Positions 6,714 through 14,866 of a DNA stretch of 33,598 nucleotides are shown here, piece after piece (the stretch's first letter is position 1; every line of letters begins with the position of its first letter). Location: NCBI GenBank assembly GCA_017615095.1, contig JAGAAT010000020.1, forward strand, positions 1 through 33,598. The letters are read 5' to 3'. The translations under genes and the position numbers were made by a program. The stretch comes from a bacterium. Lineage in GTDB: Bacteria; UBP6; UBA1177. The notes beneath the pieces are model-generated. The model saw nothing but the letters and a program-made list of their open reading frames with translations, did no database searches and was not told the DNA's origin.

Positions 6714-8801
6714 CTACCACTCGTAAGTGTCGACTGTGCCGAGAACATAGCCGGTTACTTCATCAAATTTAGGTGTTATCACGCAGGCATCGGAGCTTGG
6801 ATCTCCGACCCATTGGACCTCGGCGACCTTCCAGAGCTTGTTTTTTCCGTTGAAGTTGCTGACCTGAGGATCTACACCGAATGTCGCTTTCAGTGTCCCG
6901 CCGCAGTAGACGTTGACTACAGGATGAGTCAGAAGATTGCCGCTGAAGTAGTTGACTCCGATCCTGAAGGTATCGGTGTCAAGCGGATTGTCGAGGTTGA
7001 TGTTTTCCGGGATTCCGGGAGATTGGATGTTGTCGATATCGAGACGCGGGTTTTTCAAGTTGCTGACCCAAACTCCGTCCCTGTTGTAATTACCAGTCGT
7101 AGGATATGCCCATCCGCTTAAATTCCAATTGTATGCAGATCCACCTGATGATCCTCCTGAAGAGGCCGTCGGATCTCCTTTGCAGTTTTGGTAGAAACAA
7201 GCGGTGTTGTTTTTCCAACTGGTCGTTGTGTCGACCTTCGCAAGGTGCAGATCAAGATCGACGCCCTGATTACCAGTTGTATCCCAGCAGAGCTCGACTC
7301 TGAAGCCTTGAGAAACGACTCTCAAAATCCACTCACACTCATAGACTTCACCGTTTCCGCGGGTGACTTTAAGGTGAAGTCTGTAGCTTCCCGAAAGCGT
7401 GAAGTTGACCTTGAAGAACTTCATTCCGACCCCTGAGGCGGTCGTCGTATTGCTACCTGTTCCCGCAAGATCAGTTTCGTTGTTTGCCCCCTTGACTGCG
7501 AAGCTCGTCTTGTCCAGAACGATGTCGCAGGGACCTTTAGAGAGCGTCCACTCCCATGTCGCAGTGTCCGCATCGTTGAAACGGTGTTCTGCGTCATAGA
7601 TCTGACTGCCGTCGATGATCTTGTCGCTGAACGGGAGTGCAGTACCGATATTGTAGGCGCAGTTGATCGGCGGAGCACAGCAGAGCAGATCGTCAGAGCA
7701 GCCGTTGCAGTTGTTGTCGGCAAAGTCGCAGACATCCTGTTGCGGAGATATGCCGCCCTTGCAAGCGCCCCAGCGGCCGGTTATAGCCTTTCCTCCCTTG
7801 AGGTTGACGATGCAGGTCTGAACTCCGTCACGGCAGGTGCCGACTCCGCGGTAGTTTCTCGGTCCGAGGAAGCAGCGCTGGGTCTGACCGGGCGTGCAGG
7901 GGCAGCCCTCGTCGACCTCACCGTCGCAGTCGTCGTCAAGACCGTTGCAGAGCCCCGCTTCGTACTCGTTTTCTATTGCAGGGAAGCACTCTGCCTGTAT
8001 CGGCACACATGTGTCGCTGCATGTTTCTGAGCCGCTCTCGTCATCAGGGACCTCGTAGGCTTCATGGTATTCGCCTGTGTAGCCGACATCGATGATGCCG
8101 GGATTTTCGGTATCTTCGTCCGGCAGTCCCGGATCTTGCCAAAAATAACTGCAAGAGCCGTTTTTATTATCCTCATCACCGTCGCAGTCGTCGTCAAGAC
8201 CGTTGGTGCAGAGCTCTTCTCCGCTTTCGTAGACGGGCAGGACTTCGCCTTCGCAGTGTCCCCAGGTCTTGTCGTCTTTGCATGTCCTTACCGCGGCCTT
8301 GCACTGTCCTACATTTTCTGTTCCGGCGGGACCCTGATATTCACAGGTCTGCTTTTTCCCTGGAGTGCACTCGTACCGCGGATCTATATCTTCGGAATCC
8401 TCGTCAGGTGCGCTGTCGCCTGTGTCGGTGGGCTCTACGCTGCCGGTATCTGTCGGCTCGATGTTACCGGTATCCGTCGGGTTGGTATCGCCCGAGTCCG
8501 GCGGGTTCGAGTCGCCTGAATCGGCTGCCGGATCGCCCGTATCGCCCGGCTGGATGTTGTCTGAATCGACAGGCGTGCCGGTGTCACCCTGAGCTTCAGG
8601 GTCTTTCATGCAGGTGCCGCTTTCTTCATCGCAGATCAACCCTTTGTCGCAGGTCTGGTTGGGGTAGCACTTGCCGCCCAGCGCGCCGGTTTCTGCCTCT
8701 GTATTGTTGTGGTCGCCGGAGTTTTCAAACTTTACCGGGTCATTGCAGGAACAGAGAATCAAAAACGGGATTGCTAATAAAATCAACGATTTGAATTTCA
8801 T
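6714..8801 (-). CDS. Secreted lipoprotein: N-terminal 4-Cys module, acidic linker, MopE-like CxxGxDDDCDG repeats, and a C-terminal beta-sandwich-like domain
   Basis: Starts MKFKSLILLAIPFLILCSC (lipobox), followed by GGKCYPNQTCDKGLICDEESGTCMK and a D/T/G/S/P linker. MopE-like repeats are CTNGLDDDCDGDED, CNGLDDDCDGEVDEGC and CDFADNNCNGCSDD. The C-terminus reads ...ELCWDTTGNQGVDLDLHL...NPRLDIDNIQSPGIPENI.... The start is taken as ATG 8801 (GAGG upstream) rather than TTG 8813. Confidence 0.85.
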   Translation of the reverse strand: MKFKSLILLAIPFLILCSCNDPVKFENSGDHNNTEAETGALGGKCYPNQTCDKGLICDEESGTCMKDPEAQGDTGTPVDSDNIQPGDTGDPAADSGDSNPPDSGDTNPTDTGNIEPTDTGSVEPTDTGDSAPDEDSEDIDPRYECTPGKKQTCEYQGPAGTENVGQCKAAVRTCKDDKTWGHCEGEVLPVYESGEELCTNGLDDDCDGDEDNKNGSCSYFWQDPGLPDEDTENPGIIDVGYTGEYHEAYEVPDDESGSETCSDTCVPIQAECFPAIENEYEAGLCNGLDDDCDGEVDEGCPCTPGQTQRCFLGPRNYRGVGTCRDGVQTCIVNLKGGKAITGRWGACKGGISPQQDVCDFADNNCNGCSDDLLCCAPPINCAYNIGTALPFSDKIIDGSQIYDAEHRFNDADTATWEWTLSKGPCDIVLDKTSFAVKGANNETDLAGTGSNTTTASGVGMKFFKVNFTLSGSYRLHLKVTRGNGEVYECEWILRVVSQGFRVELCWDTTGNQGVDLDLHLAKVDTTTSWKNNTACFYQNCKGDPTASSGGSSGGSAYNWNLSGWAYPTTGNYNRDGVWVSNLKNPRLDIDNIQSPGIPENINLDNPLDTDTFRIGVNYFSGNLLTHPVVNVYCGGTLKATFGVDPQVSNFNGKNKLWKVAEVQWVGDPSSDACVITPKFDEVTGYVLGTVDTYEW

Positions 8802-8830
8802 TGTGAACCTCAAAAAATTAAAATCCTATA

Positions 8831-10429
8831 CTACCTGACACAACGGACAGGGTTATAGTAATTGTAAGGACCTGTGCCGCTCAATAAGCCGAGATCAAAA
8901 TCCACAAACCATATCGTATTTGAAGTATCTGTAGACAATGAGTTAGACCATAAATATCCGGTGTCTCCGAGTTTGCTGTATCTGCCGTCGCTGTATGATG
9001 GACCTGAATCTGAACAGTATATATCGCCTGAATATTGTGTACCTGTCTGTGTGCAGGTGTTACAAGTCCAGCAGCTATGGAAGGACAAACAGTTGTTTAC
9101 TTCGCTTACCTGACAGTTTTCTGTTACTCTGTCTGCTATCAAAAGAGTCTTCAATTCATCGATATTCGGCAGATGCCAGCCGTCCAATCCGTTTTCGTAA
9201 AGACCGTCGCAGTATGAAACAGCACTGTAAAAATCCATAGTATCCGATGTTTTTGCAGACCATGTGAGACCTGTTGACGGGTCATAGCACGGCATCGCGC
9301 CTGCCGGGCTGCATTCAGGCGGGTTCGAGGGATCGACAGCGCACTCTGTTCCGTTCCATTCAGAGCCTGCAATGCATTCGCAGGTGTAGGTCGTATTTCC
9401 GGTTTCTATGCACTCTCTTGTTGAATTTGCAACACCGATGCACGGGTCGCCGTATCTGCACGGATTCATAACTGAGCAGTCGATCTCTTCTCCGCTGTTC
9501 ATCTCGTAGCAGACGCAAAGATCTTCTAAACTTTCGGTATCATAAAACTCTAAAAGATCCTCTCCGACTGCAAGCTCTGCCGCCATCGAAAGTTTGAAGG
9601 TCTCGCCGGCAGCGAACACTTCGTTTTTGTCATAGCAGATCTGCATCATGCCGAGTGCGATCAGGCCGCTCTCGTCAACCTTGTTTGCAGCAATCTGACA
9701 CTGTTGCCAGTAAGCATCGTCAGCAGAGAAAGCAAGGTCGAAGATCTGTACGATCGGTGCCTGGTCAAGGTAATAACTCTCTGTCTCCTTCATGTAGTCG
9801 ATGTACTCGATCGGAATGAATGCCACACCAACAGCTGTAAATCTGCCGGAGCTCATGTCCGGATCACCCATTGCCTGAAGTTTGACAGCCGGCATGTCTT
9901 GGAATGTTGTCTGCATAAAGAAGGAATAGCTGTCTGCATAGTCAAGGTCTTTACCTTCAACACCAACGAGTTCAACTGTTACCAGGTTTACCCAAGAAGG
10001 ATCCTGAACATTCATGCTGTTGATTTCGCCTATTCCTTTGAATGCGAAATAGGCTTCGGCATCGCTTGTTGCATAAGCTGCATCAAGCTTGCAGGCTGCC
10101 GGCGGCTCTGTATCGCCGCTGTCAGGTCCGGTGTCTCCTGAATCCGGTCCTGTATCCCCTGAATCCGGTCCTGTATCCCCTGAATCCGGCGCGGTGTTGC
10201 CTGAGTCCGAAACATCCGCAGCTTTTTCGCAGATATTTGTCACCTTGTTGCAGGTCAGACCTTCGTTGCAGGTTTTATTTCCGTAACATTCTCCGCCCAG
10301 TGTGCCGGTCTCTTTGGGTTCGTTAGACTGGTTGTGTTCGTCAAGCGGATTTTCAAACTTTAAGGCGTCATCGCACGAGCATAAGATCAGAAGTGAAATA
10401 GCTAGTAAAATCAGAGACTTGAATTTCAT
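8831..10429 (-). CDS. Secreted lipoprotein: the same N-terminal module, a DSGDTGP-repeat linker, an unknown central domain, an EGF-like module and a DUF1566/Lcl-C-terminal-like domain
   Basis: Starts MKFKSLILLAISLLILCSC, followed by GGECYGNKTCNEGLTCNKVTNICEK and (PDSGDTG)x4. The EGF-like stretch is CRYGDPCIGVANSTRECIETGNTTYTCECIAGSEWNGTEC. The DUF1566-like stretch is GLTWSAKTSDTMDFYSAVSYCDGL...GWHLPNIDELKTLL. Confidence 0.85.
   Translation of the reverse strand: MKFKSLILLAISLLILCSCDDALKFENPLDEHNQSNEPKETGTLGGECYGNKTCNEGLTCNKVTNICEKAADVSDSGNTAPDSGDTGPDSGDTGPDSGDTGPDSGDTEPPAACKLDAAYATSDAEAYFAFKGIGEINSMNVQDPSWVNLVTVELVGVEGKDLDYADSYSFFMQTTFQDMPAVKLQAMGDPDMSSGRFTAVGVAFIPIEYIDYMKETESYYLDQAPIVQIFDLAFSADDAYWQQCQIAANKVDESGLIALGMMQICYDKNEVFAAGETFKLSMAAELAVGEDLLEFYDTESLEDLCVCYEMNSGEEIDCSVMNPCRYGDPCIGVANSTRECIETGNTTYTCECIAGSEWNGTECAVDPSNPPECSPAGAMPCYDPSTGLTWSAKTSDTMDFYSAVSYCDGLYENGLDGWHLPNIDELKTLLIADRVTENCQVSEVNNCLSFHSCWTCNTCTQTGTQYSGDIYCSDSGPSYSDGRYSKLGDTGYLWSNSLSTDTSNTIWFVDFDLGLLSGTGPYNYYNPVRCVR
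10118..10201. repeat. 21-bp in-frame tandem repeat inside the 8831..10429 gene, encoding PDSGDTG units
   Basis: Units are 10118..10138, 10139..10159, 10160..10180 and 10181..10201. The two central units are identical (TGAATCCGGTCCTGTATCCCC) and the flanking units are degenerate. Confidence 0.85.
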
Positions 10430-10481
10430 GGCGGTTCCTTGTAGAAAGACGAATGTTAAAAAACGGGGGCTGGTTGCGTCC

Positions 10482-12392
10482 CTACCAGTTCAGTGCGAAC
10501 TGAAGTGTTCTGTTAGCCGGATTTGCGCCGAAAGAGACGTTGTATTTTTTCTTGACCTCTTTTTCGCCTTCGAATTCGATACAGTAGAAGGTGATACCGG
10601 TTGCTATCAAAGCGGCTCCGATGCCGATCCCGACTCCGCCCAGAGTCCTGAAGGTTTTACGTTCTTTATCCTTATCCAGCGTTTTTTGGCGGTAATAGTC
10701 CATTTCTTCCTGGGTTACACTGTAATAGTACCAGTCATAATAGGTATCGCGGTCTTTTTTGGCTTTGCTCATTCCGTAGAGTGATACTCCGCCTAAAACG
10801 GCGAGGACAGTGCCTGTAACAAGTGTCGAGGTTGCGATCGCGATGCGTTTTTTCCTTCCTGCCTTGTTGAGTTCCTCTTTGAACTTGTCCTCTTCGGCAG
10901 GTTTCTTTTCAGATTTTTTCGGTTGTTCTGCAACCTGCGGTTGAGCGTTTTCGACCGGGGCTTCAGCGATGTTTTGCTGCTGATTGCCCGGGCACGCCTG
11001 CTTTCTGCCGAGTTCGCACGCCTTTTTGAGGTAAGCAGCCTTTTCTTCTTCGTTTGCAGAGTGTTTAAGTCCGTAAGTATGGCAGTCACCGGCGGATTTG
11101 AGGTCGCAGCGCTGTTTTCTCGTATCCTTGATTTTTGTGGCAAGAACTTCGTTGAACTCCAGATAAACAGTAGCTTTGACAACGTCTGTCGTGCCGAATG
11201 AGACTCCGAAATCGTTCAGATAATTCACTGCGTAAGCGGCTTTGTAATTTGCCGGAAGCGAATTGTCTGTCTCGACTTTATTCAGTTCGGCGATTTTTGC
11301 TTCATATTTTTCCAATTTTTCGAGGCAGGTCCTCCATTCTGCAAGCCTTGCGGCAGCGATTTGCTGGAACGGATTTTTCTCTGTGATTTTCGTTATTTCT
11401 TCCCAGGCGATTATCATTGCGCCGGGTGTTGCTACGACATTGGGCTGTTTTTCTTTGTTGACAGTATCCTCAAACATTTTCAGAACTTTCGGATCTGCGG
11501 TCAGGATGTCCTGTTCGTTGATCATTCCCAGGACAAAGGGCTTTATAACGTTGATCGGTTCGTCCTGAAGGGCAAAGCTCCTCTTCGCGAATTCTTCAGC
11601 CTTGCGCTTTTCTTCGGCAGCGAGTTTTGCCTTTTCCGCATCCTTCGCAGCCTTGATTTTATTGACTTCGTCGCATCCGGGCTGATATTTGAGGTTGCAG
11701 GACTCATTGAAAAGCATGAGTTTTTCATACTCGACCGTTACAAAATCCCTTCCGCATTCAAAGCAGTCTTTTCCGGAGTTGTGTTCGCAGCGTTTCTGTT
11801 TTGTCTCCTTTACCTTTGCCTTGAAGGCTTCACTGCTCTGGATCGCGGTTTTGTTGACCAAATCGATAACTTCCTGTGTTCCGAAAGAGAGACCGAATTC
11901 ACTCAGATGCTGCATGACTATATTCGTTTTCTGCTCGTCCGTGAGAAGCGTACTCGAAATCAGGGTTTTTATTTTGTCCAGACTGTCCTGATGTGCTTTG
12001 AGGAGATCTGTGCAGGTTTTCCATTCGGCAAGTCTGGTGTTCGCAGTCTGTAAAAACGGATTTTTGTCAGTGATTTTTGCAACATCGTTCCACGCCTTGA
12101 CTATTGCGCGTGCGTTCTGGACGGCATTTTTCTGACCTTCTGCATTGACTGCGGCTTCATAAAGCTTCAGCAGCTGCGGAGTTGAATTGAGAAGCTCCTG
12201 CTCCGTAAGTTTGTTTGCGACAAAGGGCTTGATCGGGATCTCGAGAAGTTCCTCTGCAAAAGAGTAGGTGCTTTCAACATTCGTTTTTGGTTTGCTCTTC
12301 GCCTTTTTGGGCGCATTCTCTTCCGCTGCCGAAAGGGCGAAAACGCCGAAAACGATCAGAAAAAAAGTGACGAAAAATCTGAATCGACCCAT
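10482..12392 (-). CDS. Secreted or membrane-anchored protein of unknown function with an internal ~170-aa duplication, Cys pairs and a C-terminal two-helix TM hairpin
   Basis: The start is taken as ATG 12392 (MGRFRFFVTFFLIVFGVFALSAAEE, a signal peptide), preceded by TAAGGAGG. The ORF-track extension to 12788 overlaps the upstream gene. Repeat 1 (~nt 11748..12254) and repeat 2 (~11058..11570) share IKPFV...AW..I.KIT.KNPF.Q.A..RLAEW.TC...FG.SFGT...K.K.T..KQRC. TM helices are IAIATSTLVTGTVLAVLGGVSLYG and LGGVGIGIGAALIATGITFYCI. Confidence 0.8.
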   Translation of the reverse strand: MGRFRFFVTFFLIVFGVFALSAAEENAPKKAKSKPKTNVESTYSFAEELLEIPIKPFVANKLTEQELLNSTPQLLKLYEAAVNAEGQKNAVQNARAIVKAWNDVAKITDKNPFLQTANTRLAEWKTCTDLLKAHQDSLDKIKTLISSTLLTDEQKTNIVMQHLSEFGLSFGTQEVIDLVNKTAIQSSEAFKAKVKETKQKRCEHNSGKDCFECGRDFVTVEYEKLMLFNESCNLKYQPGCDEVNKIKAAKDAEKAKLAAEEKRKAEEFAKRSFALQDEPINVIKPFVLGMINEQDILTADPKVLKMFEDTVNKEKQPNVVATPGAMIIAWEEITKITEKNPFQQIAAARLAEWRTCLEKLEKYEAKIAELNKVETDNSLPANYKAAYAVNYLNDFGVSFGTTDVVKATVYLEFNEVLATKIKDTRKQRCDLKSAGDCHTYGLKHSANEEEKAAYLKKACELGRKQACPGNQQQNIAEAPVENAQPQVAEQPKKSEKKPAEEDKFKEELNKAGRKKRIAIATSTLVTGTVLAVLGGVSLYGMSKAKKDRDTYYDWYYYSVTQEEMDYYRQKTLDKDKERKTFRTLGGVGIGIGAALIATGITFYCIEFEGEKEVKKKYNVSFGANPANRTLQFALNW

Positions 12393-12540
12393 GTTTGCCT
12401 CCTTAAGCCTAAAACTATTGAAAAGTTTGAACTTTCTCACCTCTAAAAAAATAGAAGATAATGCACAATAGCGAAGGAGAGCCGAAAGGCAAGATTTCCT
12501 ACAAAAACGGAGAAAATTTTGAGGCTGGTTGCGGCTGTTT

Positions 12541-13143
12541 TTACAGCTTTTTGACGAAGTGTCCGCCTTCCTGGACAAATCCCATTTTCTCGAGATAGTC
12601 TTTATGGTTTTCCGAAACATTTTCGGCAGAAAGTTCGCTGAATTTCTGTGAAGCCAGGTAGCTGTAAAGGTATTTCCCGACAGAACAGTCTCGGTAGACC
12701 GGAGTCGCGTAATCGATTTTGACATCGATCGAATCGCCTGTTTTCGCCCCCAAAAGGATCCCGGCAGCTTCAGTGCCTCGGCAGACAAGATATACGCAGT
12801 CGCACTTTTCCGGGGTGACGAACGCAGGGAAAAACTTTTCTATATCGGTTTTGTATAAATTCAGGAAATAAGTGACAAACGAATCGGCGGGCTGAAGCGC
12901 AACAATAGAATATTCTCTCTTGTTTTTTAGCAGTTTCGCCAAATTGTAAATGTTGATAAGCGCCAGGCTGAAGTTCATCGCCGCTGTCGGATAGGATTGA
13001 ATGGCCAGCGCATAACCGGTAAAAATCAGACTTCCGACAGTGTTTATCGCCCTTAACCGCACGACGGAAGTCATCAGCATTGAAATGAGGACCAGAGCCG
13101 ACCCTGCATATCCGATTGCCTCAATAATGTAGTTTCCGTTCAT
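12541..13143 (-). CDS. Small membrane protein with a YgjV-like N-terminal TM region and a soluble C-terminal domain that may have a GNAT-like fold
   Basis: The N-terminal ~75 aa are hydrophobic (IGYAGSALVLISMLMTSV, VGSLIFTGYALAI, MNFSLALINIYNLA). The C-terminal ~120 aa are soluble and end ...VGKYLYSYL...YLEKMGFVQEG. The start is taken as ATG 13143, preceded by CGGAGGTAAAA. Confidence 0.65.
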   Translation of the reverse strand: MNGNYIIEAIGYAGSALVLISMLMTSVVRLRAINTVGSLIFTGYALAIQSYPTAAMNFSLALINIYNLAKLLKNKREYSIVALQPADSFVTYFLNLYKTDIEKFFPAFVTPEKCDCVYLVCRGTEAAGILLGAKTGDSIDVKIDYATPVYRDCSVGKYLYSYLASQKFSELSAENVSENHKDYLEKMGFVQEGGHFVKKL

Positions 13144-13231
13144 TTTTACCTCCGAAAAACTCAACAGAACACAAAATTAGAAGTTTGAGATGAAAAGGCA
13201 ATTTTTATAACGGGGCTGTCGAAACTCTAAA

Positions 13232-13259
13232 TTGCTTTGCTGCGGAAATTTACTAAAAT
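13232..13259 (+). promoter_or_regulatory. Sigma70-like promoter for the dCMP deaminase gene
   Basis: TTGCTT (13232..13237), a 16-nt spacer, then TAAAAT (13254..13259). The ATG is at 13286. Confidence 0.4.
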
Positions 13260-13285
13260 TCTGCGTTTTTTTAGTGCGAGGAAAA

Positions 13286-13768
13286 ATGACGAAGAGAACA
13301 GACTACATCTCCTGGGATCAGTATTTTATGGGAGTTGCGCTTCTGAGTGCGCAGCGCTCGAAGGATCCAAATACGCAGGTCGGAGCCTGCATCGTGAACG
13401 GCGAGCACCGGATCGTCGGGGTCGGCTACAACGGTTTTCCGGCGGGTTGCGACGACAACCTTCTTCCGTGGGACCGCGAGGGCAGATTTCTTGACACGAA
13501 GTATCCGTTTGTTGTCCATGCCGAGCTGAATGCGATCCTGAATTCGATCCAGAACCTGCGCGGCTGCACGATTTACGTCGCGCTTTTCCCGTGCAACGAA
13601 TGTGCAAAGGCAATAATCCAGTCGGGGATAAAGGAGATCGTCTATCTTTCAGACAAATATTTCGATACCGACAGCGTGAAGGCGTCGAAACTGCTGCTCG
13701 AGCAGGCAGGCGTCAAGATCCGTAAAATCAACAAATACGCTGATATCACTCTGAAATTCAACGATTAG
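13286..13768 (+). CDS. Deoxycytidylate (dCMP) deaminase, ComEB/CMP-dCMP deaminase family
   Basis: Zinc-binding motifs are HAELNA and PCNECAK. The start is taken as ATG 13286 ([15 protein letters not shown]), with a GAGG upstream. Confidence 0.9.
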   Translation: MTKRTDYISWDQYFMGVALLSAQRSKDPNTQVGACIVNGEHRIVGVGYNGFPAGCDDNLLPWDREGRFLDTKYPFVVHAELNAILNSIQNLRGCTIYVALFPCNECAKAIIQSGIKEIVYLSDKYFDTDSVKASKLLLEQAGVKIRKINKYADITLKFND

Positions 13769-14849
13769 CGCCGAAGACGTTTTCGATCGGCTTCATTCCT
13801 GTGTCGTTCCACATGAATGCCTTTTCCATGCACATGTAGAGCGGCGGATTTCCGTCGAAGAAGCTTGAGATCCTGTCGAAGAATGCCTTGTAGAAGCGCC
13901 GTCTGACCGGTGCAAGGTACCTCAGTTTGTTGTCTGTGTCGGAGGGGAACATCTCTCCGCGGAAGAGAAAGCTGCCGGGCATCCGCCTCTGGATCGTTTC
14001 GGTGAGAGCCAGCGTGTGGCGGAATCCTCCCATGCTGATCCAGGCGATTTCAGACGGTTGCAGTGTCGTGAAAATCGTTTTGATGAGTTCCATGTACTCG
14101 TCGAAGAGGGAGTCGAGCATAAGTATCGGGTCGAAGTGGATCGCGACTTTTACCCCGGCTTTCTGGAGGCGGAGCGCAGCCGAAAGTCTCTCTCCGATCG
14201 TGGCTGTCCCGGTCTCTTCGAGGTCTCTGAAGCGCGGTACGTTCATCGAAAATCCGGCAACGATATCTGCCTCCGGGTAACGTGATTTTACCTCGAGCAG
14301 CCTTTCGATCTCCGCCGATTTGGTTTTGAATTCGAACTGAACGCGGTCGAAGAGGGATCGTTTTGCCAGTTCACTTACAAAAAATCCGCTCTCGTCAAGC
14401 AGAAAATCTAATGCCAGCGAATCCGCAAGCTCTCCTGTCCCGACGCGGATGTGTCCGTTTTCTTTAACAAATTCGGATATTTCATCGATGGCGCGGCTGC
14501 GGTTCAGGAAAACCGTTATGAAGGGGTTGTTTTCGATGTAGTGCTGTAAAATGCAGTATGAGCAGTCGAACGGACAGCCCGAAACACTGTTGATCGTGTA
14601 GTAGTTGCAGCAGACTACGCCCTTGCTTCCCGGGCATTTTTTCAGGAACCTGCCGCGGTTTTCGGTGAAAAACATCACCTTTTTTGCAGTCTTGAAGAGG
14701 TCTTCGCCCGGGTTTTCACGGATTTCGGCGACAAGCTCCGATTTTGTCATATAGCGCGGCTTGAGACCGAGTTTTTCGGCGACCTGAAGCGGGAATCCCG
14801 CGTCTTTGAACTCCGGGTCGATGACCAGTTTTTCGATGTACGGTTTCAT
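13758..14849 (-). CDS. Radical SAM protein of the spore-photoproduct-lyase-like / DNA repair photolyase family
   Basis: 363 aa with a CxxxCxxC cluster, CPFDCSYC. The overall length and layout fit COG1533-type proteins. Confidence 0.75.
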   Translation of the reverse strand: MKPYIEKLVIDPEFKDAGFPLQVAEKLGLKPRYMTKSELVAEIRENPGEDLFKTAKKVMFFTENRGRFLKKCPGSKGVVCCNYYTINSVSGCPFDCSYCILQHYIENNPFITVFLNRSRAIDEISEFVKENGHIRVGTGELADSLALDFLLDESGFFVSELAKRSLFDRVQFEFKTKSAEIERLLEVKSRYPEADIVAGFSMNVPRFRDLEETGTATIGERLSAALRLQKAGVKVAIHFDPILMLDSLFDEYMELIKTIFTTLQPSEIAWISMGGFRHTLALTETIQRRMPGSFLFRGEMFPSDTDNKLRYLAPVRRRFYKAFFDRISSFFDGNPPLYMCMEKAFMWNDTGMKPIENVFGANR

Positions 14850-14866
14850 TTCGAGAGGGACCGGAA

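Noticed and set aside
7100-8600. Multiple overlapping ORFs on both strands within 6714..8801 (for example 7584..8030, 8064..8519, 8282..8794)
   Set aside because: They are frame-shifted or antisense readings of the Cys/Asp/Gly-rich lipoprotein gene. None has start-site support, and all are fully nested in the 696-aa frame that carries the recognisable motifs.
8831-9300. The DUF1566 / C-type-lectin-like C-termini as diversity-generating retroelement targets
   Set aside because: The window contains no reverse transcriptase, no template repeat and no accessory (avd-like) gene. The two DUF1566-like paralog C-termini differ throughout rather than only at adenine-templated positions.
10468-10478. 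An 11-mer, GGCTGGTTGCG (minus strand CGCAACCAGCC), occurs just downstream of two minus-strand stop codons, at 10468..10478 and 12523..12533. Each copy is followed by T-rich sequence.
   Set aside because: I could draw no stable hairpin around either copy. There are only two copies, and 11-mer coincidences are expected many times in a 33-kb window. The shared position is suggestive but post hoc. A genome-wide motif count would be needed to take it further.
12393-12788. A 132-codon N-terminal extension of the 768-aa ORF (track start at 12788)
   Set aside because: The extension overlaps the 3' half of the upstream gene 12541..13143 in another frame. It is basic low-complexity sequence and lacks an SD. 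ATG 12392 has a TAAGGAGG SD and starts a canonical signal peptide.
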